Part shown: positions 38,011 through 50,299 of the stretch, piece by piece | How the letters are laid out: every line of letters starts with the position of its first letter | How positions within the stretch are numbered: position 1 is the stretch's first letter | Origin: Glycera tridactyla | Lineage: Eukaryota | Direction of reading: 5' to 3' | Length of the DNA stretch: 64,000 nucleotides | Assembly: GCA_965644265.1 (NCBI GenBank) | Contig: OZ286463.1 | Location: forward strand, 105,338,001 to 105,402,000 | Translations under genes and position numbers: made by a program | The notes under the pieces: model-generated | The model's database searches: none | The model's input: the letters and a program-made list of their open reading frames with translations, nothing else | Told to the model about the DNA's origin: nothing

Positions 38011-40450
38011 ACCAACCTACCTAGCCACCCAACTACCCACGCAACTACCCACCCTCCTACCCACCCACCTTCCTACCCAACTACCCACCCATCAACCTAC
38101 CCACCCACCTACCTAATCACCCAATCACCTACCCACCGAACCGCCCACCTACCTACCCACCCACCTACCTACCCGCTTACTCACCCACCACCTACCCACC
38201 CTTCCACCTACCCACCCACCTACCCACCCACCTACTCACGCAACATCACACACCTACCCACCTACCCTCCCACCCCTTACCCACCCACCACACACCCACC
38301 CACCTACCTAACCACCCAACTACCAAGCTACTCCCCCACCTACCAACCCACCCATCACCCACCTACCTAACCACCCATCTACCTACCCACCCACCTACCC
38401 ACCCAAACACCCACCCACCACCCATCTATGCACTCACCTACCTACCCACTCACCCACCCACCCACCTACTCACCTACCCACCACACACCTACCCTCACAC
38501 CCCTTACCCACCCACCACACACACCCACCTATCCAACTACCCACCCACCTATCCATTCACCTAGTCACCCACCCACCTACTCACCACCTACCCACCCAGC
38601 TACCCACCCAACTACCTCCCCACCCATCTACCTGCCCCCCCAGCCACATACCTCAACTACCCACCTACCAACCCATCTACCTACCCACCCAACTACCCTA
38701 CCCACCCACCTACTCACCCACCTGCCCACCCAGCTACCCACCTACCCACCCACCTACCCACTCACCTACCCACCCACCCACCCACCTTCTCATCTATCTA
38801 CCCACCCACCCACCCACCTACTCACCTATCCACCCACCCACCCACCTACCCATTCACCTTCACATCCACCCACCCATCTACCTACCCAACCACTTACACA
38901 CCCACCTACTCACCCACCTACCTACCCTCTCACCCCTTACTCACCCACCGCACACCCACCCACCTACCCATCTACCCACCCACCCACCTACCCATCCACC
39001 AAGTCAAACATCCACCTACCTGCCCACCTACCCATCCACCCACCCACCTACCCTCCCAGCTACCCACCCACCTACCTTCTCGCCCATCTACCTGCCCACC
39101 CAGCTACCCACCCAACAACCCACCCACCTACCCACTCACCCACCTACCTTCTCATCTATCTACCCACCCACCCACCCACCTACTCACCTACCCACCCACC
39201 CACCCACCTACCCATTCACCTTCACATCCACCCACCCTTCTACCTACCCAATCACTTACACACCCACCTACTCACCCACCTACCTACCCTCTCACCCCTT
39301 ACCCACCCACCGCACATCCACCCACCTACCCATCCACCCACCAACCCACCTACCCATCCACCTAGTCAAACACCCACCTACCTACCCACCTACCCATCCA
39401 CCCACCCACCTACCCTCCCAGATACCCACCCACCTACCTTCCCACCCATCTACCTGCCCACCCAGCTACCCACCCAACTACCCACCCACCTACCCACCCA
39501 ACTATCCACCCAACCAACTACCCACCCACCCACCCACCCACCTACTCACCCACCTACCCACCTGCCCACTCACACACCACACACCTACCCTTCCACCCCT
39601 TACCAACCCACCACACACCCGTCCACCTACCTACCCACTCACCTACCCACCCACCTAGTCACCCACCCAACTACCCACCCACCTACCCACCCAACTACCC
39701 ACCCACCTACCCACCCAACTATCCACCCACCCAACTACCCACCTACCCACCCGCCCATCCACACACCACACACCTACCCTCCCATCCTTTACCCACCCAC
39801 CACACACCTGTCCACCTACCTACCCACTAACCTACCCACTCGCCTAGTCACCCACCCAACTACCCACCCACCCACTTAAGCACCCACCTACCCAGCTACC
39901 CACCCACCTACCTTCCCACCCATCAACCTGCCCACCCAGCTACCCACCCACTTACCTACCCTGCCATCTACCTACCTTCCCACAAATCTACCTGCCCACC
40001 CACCTACCCACCCACCCTACCACCTACCTACCCACTCACCTACCCACCCGCCCACTTACATACCCACCCACCGACTCAGCTACCCACTCACCCACCTACA
40101 CACCCATTCACCTTCACACCCACACACCCATCTACTCATCCACCCACCTACCCACTCACCCACCTACCCACCCACCTACCCACCCACCTACTCACCCACC
40201 TACCTACCCACCCACCACACACCTACCCACCTACCTACCACCCACATACCCATCTACCCACCCACCTAGTCACTCACCCACCTACCCACCCACCTACCCA
40301 CCCAGCTACCTTTCCACTCAGCTACCTGCCCACCCAGCTACCCACCCAACTACCTACCCACCTACCCACCCAACTATTCACCCACCTACCCACCCACCCA
40401 CCCACCCAACTATCCCACCACCCACCCACCTACCAAGCCACCTACCTATC
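38011..40450. repeat. 2.4-kb (ACCC/ACCT)n-based C-rich satellite
   Basis: Directly visible. The + strand is almost G-free. It contains internal block duplications with periods of ~362 bp and ~189 bp. Confidence 0.97.
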
Positions 40451-40599
40451 CCACCATAACGTTCATCCACTTGCCACTTACCATTTCAGGCCTACAGGCT
40501 TAGTTTACTTTCCATACATGCGGATTTCACTCGTTAAATCACCACCTCTTCACTTTAAATCGACGACCAGTCTTCTTTTTGAAGACATTTCTTGTTACT

Positions 40600-41080
40600 G
40601 ACTATGCCGGTGACATTTTTTTTCTCACTTGGCTCACCTTCGATGCCCTGACCCTTCAGGTGTTCACACGTGAGTGTACATCGGACTATGTATGTATTCA
40701 GGTGATATAAACCACGGTTGTGCTAGTGCCCACGCTGCATACATCTGCTTTGATGCAGAGAAGCACCGAGTCGTATAGGTCTTGCATTTTCGTATATCTG
40801 CAGAGTTGCATTTTATTTGATTGTCTTATGTAGTACTATTCTCCTTCCTTCACTTCAATATTTTCCCCCATGAGACATGTGATCCCTCAACAAGTTAGGC
40901 AAACTTTCTAAATTTAATCTTTCTGACTTTGTGTGGCATGTTTGCGATGATCTACGCAGGTGTTGCTAGTTGGACCAGTAGCTCACCACTCTGGCGCAGA
41001 TCATAGCTACCTGTCAGTGGCGTCGCATAAATCTCATCCTGCCGGAACCACCATGACATGTGACAGTCAGCCTCATAACT
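40600..41080 (-). mobile_element. Ty3/Gypsy integrase relic
   Basis: CHGGSGRM...CARVVSYWSN...QTC (cf. H.GH.G..K..RAR.SVYWP...C.TC) and HNRGYIT*IHT*SD (cf. RHGIP....SDNG). Confidence 0.4.
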
Positions 41081-41199
41081 TCTGTCAGATACCGGTATAT
41101 ATCCACTCAATTTCCATCAAGTCATTCGTGTAAAGAAAAATGTGTATGATCATCACCGAATTTTGACAATAAATGACGTATACAGATTTTTTTATGACA

Positions 41200-42280
41200 T
41201 GATGAATTCATTCGAAATTGAAATCAATATGCAGCATTCACATTGATCGAGAAACTCTCTGTGTGTCACTCATATAATTACAAAAATGCGATGGCGGAAT
41301 GAAATATCCGGGATATTCATGAAAAATTATAATACGAGTACTATTCAACCTGGTGATATTGTGTGATTATAATCAAAATGGAGAACATGGAGACGCATTT
41401 TCCGCAAACTACAGCCTTTTCCCAGAGCCTGATACTCATGAAAACATCCAGTATATGCTCCCGTGCAGTCGCTGTCTGAAAGCAGAGAAACGTCTCATAT
41501 GTCTCAGACTTGGGTGGCAGTGAACCGCTGGTACTACTAAGGTGAAATAGATTTGTCATTGATGTCAGTATCAATAGTATCTCTCCTTGATCTAGACGGT
41601 GAAGGTTGTGAGGGCAGCAGATATTGGATCAGTCTGATGGTTCGTGATTGATCGACCAATGTCAGGTTTGGGCAGTGAGTCCTAATGAAACGATGATCGA
41701 TAATTCACTGGATTCACAGGATGCATTTTCCCGGATGTCACCATTGAGAGCAAGTTTCTGACTGAATTTTGGTCAAACCTGTATTGCCTCAGGTGACCAA
41801 TCTAATAAACTGTCAAATAGAAGGCAGTGTAAATTGGATTCCGTTTCCGATATGACATTATATTCGGTTACATCAAATGTTCATTGGATCCTCTCGATTA
41901 ATTTGGGAGAATTTTCACGGTAATTGCTCCCTGCCGAAATGGCAGGTTTGCTAGTTCATCTTGAACCTAGAGACAGGTATATCGTCGACTCGAATGTTCT
42001 TGTGTTGATATGAGGATGGCGATCATTTCATCAGCAGCCTTTAGTATTGATTACGCTTCCAAAAAAAATGATCCGTTGGGACTCTGTTGAATCTGGATAT
42101 AAAACATCTACAAGTGTTCAATTCTCAGACAGCCTCTCATTACATCTTGGAACTGAATGGAATTTAGGACGATAATGCCATTGCTTATCGAGCGGGCGCA
42201 TCGATCCAGTGCAGTCGGGTCGTCAAATGACTGGTTTATATTCGATGATGGACTCTTAGCCTGGAAAATGCTGAAATGCA
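41200..42280 (+). mobile_element. I-group LINE endonuclease/linker fragment
   Basis: LIEKLSVCHSY (cf. KTITVCSIY), LVILCDYN (~41350, cf. IILGDFN) and IDLSLMSVS...EGSRYWI (~41545-41630, cf. IDL.L.SPS...GSDHFPI). Confidence 0.45.
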
Positions 42281-42286
42281 AGAGAT

Positions 42287-43093
42287 ATTGTACACAGAAA
42301 TGACGATCACCTGCGTGCTGTTTGGTCTCAATAGTACTGCACAGAATGATTCTACACAGAAATGACAATCACCTGCGTGCTGTTTGGTCTCAATAGTACA
42401 ACACAGAATGATTGTACACAGAAATGACGATCACCTGCGTGCTGTTTGGTCTCAATAGTACTACACAGAATGATTGTACACAGAAATGACAATCACCTGC
42501 GTGCTGTTTGGTCTCAATAGTACAACACAGAATGATTGTACACCGAAATGACAATCACATGCGTGCTGTTTGGTCTCAACAGTACTACACAGAATGATTG
42601 TACACAGAAATGACAATCACCTGCGTGCTGTTTGGTCTCGACAGTACTACACAGAATGATTGTACACAGAAATGACAATCACCTGCGTGCTGTTTGGTCT
42701 CAACAGTACTACACAGAATGATTGTACACAGAAATGACAATCACCTGTGTGCTGTTTGGTCTCAACAGTACTACACAGAATGATTGTACACAGAAATGAC
42801 AATCACCTCCGTGCTGTTTGGTCTTAACAGTACTACACAGAATGATTGTACACAGAAATGACAATCACCTGCGTGCTGTTTGGTCCCAACAGTACTACAC
42901 AGAATGATTGTACACAGAAATGACAATCACCTGCTTGCTGTTTGGTCCCAACAGTACTACACAGAATGATTGTACACAGAAATGACAATCACCTGCTTGC
43001 TGTTTGGTCTTAACAGTACTACACAGAATGATTGTACACAGAAATGACAATCACCTGCGTGCTGTTTGGTCTCAACAGTACTACACAGAATGA
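42287..43093. repeat. 62-bp minisatellite, 13 copies
   Basis: Unit ATTGTACACAGAAATGACAATCACCTGCGTGCTGTTTGGTCTCAACAGTACTACACAGAATG. The span is 807 bp, or 13 units, with no indels and at most about 3 substitutions per unit. Confidence 0.98.
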
Positions 43094-43619
43094 AAGAACG
43101 TTCTCCTAAAATAATATCTAGACTGCAGATGTGTTGAGACAATACAATGGGAAGCAGATATCCAGCACTGAAATGAATCATGATCTACATGACAGATTAA
43201 AGGTACTTTTTATCCGTAAAAATCCGCACTAGTAAGTTAATCCATGGGAGAGAGCATATCGCTTGCATTGCTACTTCACTGGTGATTAGATTGTTTCTAC
43301 CATCGCATATGATACCCAATATAGCTCAAATGGTTGATCTTCTACATGATAAATATCATAATGGTGCTAATCAAGTTGATCCGGGATCGGCATTACTGTC
43401 ATCAAACGGTAATGGATTACATCTCGCTGAGGTTGAAGATGTCGGCACACAGAATGTATCGGACACATTGACTGTCTATGTGACAGTCGAGTGAAATGAT
43501 TAGTTTTTGTATGACAATGAGAACATGAAATAGCATCTTTGAATATCCGATGTCGACCTGAAAACAGGATCTTAAGAAATCCGAAAGCTTGAATGAAACA
43601 GATGGGATGAAGTCTCGCT

Positions 43620-44520
43620 GAAACAATTATCACATTGTTCGCACAGTTGCTGCTATTTGCGCATCGTCATCAACTTTTGATTTTCTGGAATGATCTTTCA
43701 GATATCTTTGAATAGCTTGATGCGTCCATATGATTCTATCCAGCTCGGATCGTGGGCAATCGAGCATTTGAAAGAATCGGAAACACATAATATCTGAGAA
43801 ATGTATATTCAACCACTATGAAACGATTTGTTCAGACGTTTCACGATCTTTTGACCACTCTGCTAGCAGTCTCGACCACGTGTCTGGTTGGCGGCTAAGC
43901 TTGGCTGCCCAGGTCACAGGTCTTTCAGGTCCCACCAACCACTTAAACACCAAAGTTCACTAGTGAGAGCCCTATTAAGCCGAGGAGGAGATTATATCAC
44001 AACTGTAAAAGACCGGAAAAAGGAGGATGGACATGTCGAGGCAGCATATAAGGCAAATGGGTGAGAGGAATGGGCACTGACAATACCAAAGCTGAAGATA
44101 TGAGAAACCACCAACCAGGTAGGTCAAAGTCAAGAAACAAAACCGACCGCCTGTCACAGGGATCCCCGAAGAGCTGCACTGTATATTCAAATCACACGGA
44201 ATCAATATGTACCATCAGCCTAGCAACTCCGCACCATCCTGGTTAACCCCAAAAATGTAAGACCAAAAACACGAATGTGGGGTAATAAACGACATCCAAT
44301 GTGAGCAGGAAATTGAAATATCACACATCGGTGAAACTGTAGGCACTCGGTCCGAGCAGCACACCAACGAAGACCTGCTGACATCTGTAGGTGAACATTT
44401 CCAGAACATCGACCACTCCATTTCCCTCAATAACACAAAATTCTCTGTGGAGAGAAAAAGTGGATCTTACGCAAAGTCAACAATTTTTTCCAAAGTAAGC
44501 AAATATACATCTTTCATGGA
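43620..44520 (+). mobile_element. Penelope-like element relic (RT + GIY-YIG endonuclease)
   Basis: MKRFVQTF (~43818, cf. WKRYVDDTF), FRSHQPLKHQSSLVRALLSR...DRKKEDGHVEAAYKANG*EEWA (43923-44075, cf. FDSHHPL.HK.SV.RTL..RA...R.KE..H...AL...GYP.W), PVTGIPEELHCIFKSHGINMYHQPSN, LRTILVNPK, CGVINDIQC....HIGETVG (~44280-44342, GIY-YIG) and SVGEHFQNIDHSISLNNTK. Frameshifted and internally deleted. Confidence 0.8.
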
Positions 44521-45219
44521 TCATTGTGGAACCGAGAACAACATATCTACAGCCCATGACATCCTTTATTGTTCCGATGATCGAACAAGACTGTCCCAGA
44601 TAGAGTCACAACTCATTCGGAGAATGTCAACACAATTGTGGCTTCGTGGAATCCCATGACAGGACCACCAGGTGGTATAATTATTTCATTCAATTTTCAC
44701 CCATTGTTGCTTTTTCACCGAATCATGTGTGGGAGGATAGTCAAGGCCTACTTGCACCTGGTGTTGCACCTCGTTCGGTGGTTGCTGGTGAAAGAATCAG
44801 CATGCTCAGGGAAACAATGTCGGTCAGTTTCAGAGGTTGTCAGTTACACACTTTTTCTGCTGTGATCTTTGAATGAATGCGATTTCAAGCCAACCAGATC
44901 ATGGACGTCTGTCTAGACGAAGGTGAGGTCAATAACCTGACGATCAGTTTGTTATTCGACGGGTCTTAATTCCAGTAACAAAGCTGTCGTAACAACTTCA
45001 GGATATTGCGTATCAGTACTCGGAGTATTTGATCCTCACGCTCCAACACAGGAATCTAGATACGTCTCAGGGCAGATCAAGTGATCGGGGATATGTTTGT
45101 TTAATGAAGTATATCATCGAATATATAAAGTTACACATATATGTTGACTTGAAGGCCGTTATCTGTCGGGCATGATCGAGGACACTCTCTACCGATGAAC
45201 CTTATGATTTGCAAGAACC

Positions 45220-45220
<1 letters not shown>

Positions 45221-45274
<54 letters not shown>
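45221..45274. repeat. (GAT)18 microsatellite
   Basis: Perfect 54-bp run. Confidence 0.98.
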
Positions 45275-45277
<3 letters not shown>

Positions 45278-47235
45278 TTCTCAATTCAATAGGAAATTCT
45301 TGTTCATCATCAGGTACACTTGTTATGAGAACACAAATGATCGTGATACAGAAATATCACATGTTTGAGGTACATGTCGCATGACTGCAGGCAACCAGTA
45401 AAAGCTTTTAATCCACCTTCACACTTTACCTGTACGCTAAATGCATGGGAGTCGGATATCCATCATCCACTCAGCAGGTACCTGGCTATTTGTCGCTAGT
45501 TGAGCCAGTTGCCAGTAGCCTACAGCAGACGATGATCCACCTGCATTGAGAAAAAACGGGAATTTAACGAAGATAATTAGTTTTATCATGATTCGACTAT
45601 GGTGCCTTACCTGTTAGATGTGTCATTCTCGAGGCCGTCGACAAGTCATTTACTTGCACTCAAAATACCTCCACCTCACTGGATCGTATGTAACCTTTCC
45701 GAAAAGAATCCATATATGTCGAAAGTTTTCTCTCTACGTCAACCTCATAATATAATGCCCTACCATGCATGAGTGTTGGTAATCGATGTCTACGTGCAAA
45801 GAGAGATTGGCTGGTTGGTTGATGATTTATATTATATCAGTGACAAAGATTATGCCTGCCATGTGATTGATATAATGAGATCACCTTTACCTGTGGGCAT
45901 CACTCTCACATACCCTGAACACAAGTTGATGGATAACCTGATCGGTTGTCGAGGTAAAGTGGCAATATGTCGGACTCACCTCTACAAGCAACACATGGAG
46001 ATGAGAGAGTATAGTGAAGATGAGGCAACACAATGATGACGTCACTATTGATTTCATTCACAATGACGTCTATCGCGACACGTACTGCACTAGTTGATAA
46101 TGAACAATTATCTCGAGCATGACACGACGTTTATTCTTTACATATCCAGCCTAGCATGAACAATACTAACTATAACCAACTTTAGATTACAATCAACCCA
46201 CTCTAAAAATACTAAAATTCCTCCTGAATGGTCAGTATTGTTGTTTGATTGAGTTTTTCAAAAAGAAGATATCAATGTCAATGATTGGTAATTCCATTCA
46301 TTATGAAGGGAACTACATCAATATCGTGAATTCGTTGATGCAGTGAAGTCTTATCATTTCGTACTGCATAGTGTGTTTGTCAGCATACTGTCACGTGATC
46401 AGTATTATGAATACCGGCCCCTATCGTCTCGGCAGTGGAGAAGATGTCTGGCGGCAAGATATTGTGCTTCAACACGGAATTTTCTAAAGTTCGAATTCAA
46501 TCAGTAAAAATGAATACTTCTGCCAGATATTTGTACCATTCTATCTCCTATGGGCAATGGATAGACAGGTAGGCATGTGTTGTCCATCTGATTCTTGGCA
46601 TGGGACCAAGCAATACCAGAGTCGATCAACGTTGATAGAAGCCATTGTGGTTTGTTGGACGGATGGGGATTAGTCATGGCTGGGAGTAAGCACGCACGAC
46701 GGGTGTTCTGCTCAGCTGTAATTATAAGTTGGAAGTAGGTTGATCGAATTCGATGTTGCGCCAAGCCTCTTGACACCATGGGTCATCCGTTGTCATTGCC
46801 ACGCTGCCACAGCGAAGATAACCATGGCAACAGGGCAAACTAACTAATCTTGCTTCCGATTCGACCATTCATATTTTCCAGAGCGGGAACGTGAGAGTAG
46901 CGTCGAGTGTGAATGACCGCAGCATGGTGCTGGTTTTTGTAACATCTCATAGATGCAAATGGATGAAGGATTGAGAAATGTCACTTTGCTTATGCTTATA
47001 GAGATGTGAATGCATATACATATATGAAATTCATATGTATATTATGTATGCTTATATGTTCATCGTGTATCTGAACTGTCAGCTTCTCCCACTTGATGAA
47101 ATTTCAGGTTCCCCATCATCTTGCGTTCAGGGTTTGTGTAAGTGATGCCGGCAGCGGACAGAACATCTAGCTGTCATTGACCAGAGGCACATGGCATACA
47201 CGATCCTTTGGGTTGATACATGCCGTTAAACAGCG

Positions 47236-47271
47236 ATCAATCAATCAATCAATCAATTGATCAATCAATCA
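47236..47271. repeat. (ATCA)n microsatellite, possibly a retroelement tail on the minus strand
   Basis: Directly visible, with one interruption. Confidence 0.85.
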
Positions 47272-47549
47272 TTATATGTTTATCGTCAAGTTAGAAGATG
47301 AAATATATATTCGGGCTAATAATGATACGAAAGCAATTGCATGATCCTTCCATGGCTGTCAGTGTCTGAAGCTTGTAATTCATCAGTGAATATGATAGAA
47401 GACCAGCTCGTTATCATTATATTAAGCATCAATTAGTTTTATCAGATGCTCATCTGGATTCTACTCGAATTATCACGACGAGATCATAATTAGGAAACAT
47501 GCCTTTGGGATAAGAGATGTAAAATCTGCACCGTGAGCTCCATCTGTTG

Positions 47550-48300
47550 GTCGCAGTCGCATCTTCAATCATCCCAAAGTGGAGAAACAACTCGAACTAA
47601 TGGCGACCACATCCTTCTTGATTAGTTCACAAACTTTTCATCGAGATTGATTATTCAGACAAGACAGGATACAAGGCTGAACGATGACGAATCTGTGATG
47701 ACACGCGGTGATTGCCAACCTAACTTGTTCTTTATATTGATGTTTATATTGATGTGTTTTCCAAGGTAGTCGAATGTTGCCAAATCAATACGCAGGGCAA
47801 TGACCCGGGAATTCTGACCTGGTGTTATGAGATAAAGCTCATATTCATACTTCATCAAGGAAAGCTTCCAAATGCAATTACCCTCTCTCAACAAGGAAAA
47901 TTCGAGTTTCATGGATTTCGTACGATGCAGCGATATATCTCACTATCCAAGTTACACCACCCCCCGTATCTTAAAAGTGTATACCTATACCTCCTCCAGT
48001 GAACAAGTAGGAGACGATCTGGAACCAAATTTCGAAGCGGTGCTGTCATTATTCTTCATCCGGTCCCATGATGCACGTCTGTGCGTGCGCAGGTTTGTCT
48101 GTTTATGTTCAGTTCGGTTGTGGTCACCGCCATATTGGTAAGCGGTGCACTTTTGATCTGTTCCTGTCTTGTCTGTTGCATTTACCTGGATCTCCACGTG
48201 GCTTATCTGTTAGGGAGAACCGATGCGTCCCTTAGATTTCTACTGTAAGTTTTGGTCGCTTGACACTTGGGTGTATGGGTCCACTGGTACTGCATTTTCT
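47550..48300 (-). mobile_element. Possible LINE ORF1 end plus endonuclease fragment
   Basis: QKCTAYQYGGDH (cf. KC.NCGG.H knuckle), then VIALRIDL (cf. AVAVRVTL) and VSPLWD (cf. HSPLWG). Confidence 0.35.
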
Positions 48301-49417
48301 ACCTTTTCTAGTGTCTTGATGATGTTGTCCACTAAAGCTCGTAGTTCGGTTGTATTTTGTATTTTGTATTTTTGTATTTTGGAAGATGTCTTCATACTTT
48401 GGACCAGGGATTCCCATTATTTCGAGCGGAGCGCATCCGCGAAGTCATGAGTGTCACCTAGCGGCAGTCAGCGGTCGTGGGGTCGGCTGCTTTCAGTGTG
48501 GTCTAAATACAATTTATCAGACTCTCCCATCAGGGTATGTGTCCAGGAAAGATACTCGTGCTAATGAATGAACAGAGCACAGCACGAGAATTGAATTCTG
48601 CAAATGTGATCAAAATGCCAATCAATAACGGTCTTGGGAGCAATGTCTCCGGATGTCAGTGCTATTCTTCTCAGCTGGTACTCATAGGACCTGACCTGAC
48701 TTGTTTGAGCAACCCGAGTAGACTGACATACCATGGTCATGCTTGGAGTTCATACTGCTCGGGTCTCATGGTCCCTATGTGGTAGACATGGGTGATGGTC
48801 GTTCTGTGGTCCTGTGGTGAAGGCTTCCGTTCTGTGCAGTCATCCAGTATTGTCACAGAGGCAACGACTGGTTGTTGCAATCCTGATCGTTACACTTGGT
48901 AGTCCTTTTATTTATCATTGATATCTTTACAGCAATCTTGTCCTTTTGTATGAATATTATATAGTATTGGGACTTCATGGGTAGTGATGCTGATGGATGA
49001 TTCTATACTTTAATGTAAGTCATATAGTGTTACTATTGTATGTTACAATAGCCTTCGCATCCATAGCAGGAAATAGTCTGTGCATGCTTATAACATCTCC
49101 ATCTCATACTTTATTCTGCATAGAGGTCCCCCATCAGATACCATCAATACCCANNNNNNNNNNNNNNNNNNNNNNNNNNNNNNNNNNNNNNNNNNNNNNN
49201 NNNNNNNNNNNNNNNNNNNNNNNNNNNNNNNNNNNNNNNNNNNNNNNNNNNNNNNNNNNNNNNNNNNNNNNNNNNNNNNNNNNNNNNNNNNNNNNNNNNN
49301 NNNNNNNNNNNNNNNNNNNNNNNNNNNNNNNNNNNNNNNNNNNNNNNNNNNNNNNNNNNNNNNNNNNNNNNNNNNNNNNNNNNNNNNNNNNNNNNNNNNN
49401 NNNNNNNNNNNNNNNNN

Positions 49418-50210
49418 TATGATCATTAGTAGTAGTATCATTACTATTATTATCATTATTATCATTACCATTATTATCATCAGTATTATTGGATGTCCCA
49501 CCTTCACCCGAAGTCCAATCAGAGGCCGAAAACTCACAAAAAACGAAAGGTCGACTTGGTTGTGGCGGTTGTGCTCTTTTGTGAATATTATCATCAATAT
49601 CATCATTATTATTATTATTATCATTACGATCATTATTAATTTTAGTAGTAGTACTGTCATCATTATCATCGTTATCATTATCACTATCATTTTCATCAAT
49701 AGTATCATTATCATCATTATTGTCGTTGTCATTNNNNNNNNNNNNNNNNNNNNNNNNNNNNNNNNNNNNNNNNNNNNNNNNNNNNNNNNNNNNNNNNNNN
49801 NNNNNNNNNNNNNNNNNNNNNNNNNNNNNNNNNNNNNNNNNNNNNNNNNNNNNNNNNNNNNNNNNNNNNNNNNNNNNNNNNNNNNNNNNNNNNNNNNNNN
49901 NNNNNNNNNNNNNTCTCATCATCATCATTACTATCATTATTATTATTAATGATATTATTAGTGTGATAATTATCTTTGTTTTCAGTATTCATAACATTTT
50001 TCTAATTTTGATCGTTATTGTCAATTTCATCATCATTATCATTTTTTTCACTATCATCATCTTTATTATTTGGACATGTTTCGATATAACCATCTCACCA
50101 TTATCATTATATCTCTAGTCTTTTTTGACCATTAGCATCATTATCAATATTGTTATTATCACCATCATCGTCATTACAGTCATTATAAACCATTGTTCTT
50201 CATATCATCT
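49418..50210. repeat. Degenerate (ATC/ATT/ACT)n trinucleotide low-complexity region spanning gaps
   Basis: Directly visible. It includes a ~95-bp non-repetitive island at ~49491-49585 and an N-gap at 49733-49913. Confidence 0.9.
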
Positions 50211-50299
50211 TCATACGTAATCATTTACGTGTCTCCTCATACAGTTGAATTGTAATATTACCAGCAGCATCCATCCTTCTTTTCTGTCGTTCCTCCGCT

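Noticed and set aside
38428-39879. 483-aa Pro/Thr/His/Tyr-rich ORF, the longest in the window (extensin/mucin-like appearance)
   Set aside because: It lies wholly inside the (ACCC/ACCT)n satellite, whose composition rarely produces stop codons. There is no unique domain or splice context.
42287-43093. Possible CRISPR array (regular repeats with hairpins)
   Set aside because: There are no unique spacers, the units are contiguous near-identical copies, no cas genes are present, and the context is eukaryotic.
4187-49992. Numerous long ORFs containing X runs (e.g. 4187-4861, 15552-16136, 19373-19888, 37687-38370, 49080-49949)
   Set aside because: Their length comes from N-gaps, which contain no stop codons.
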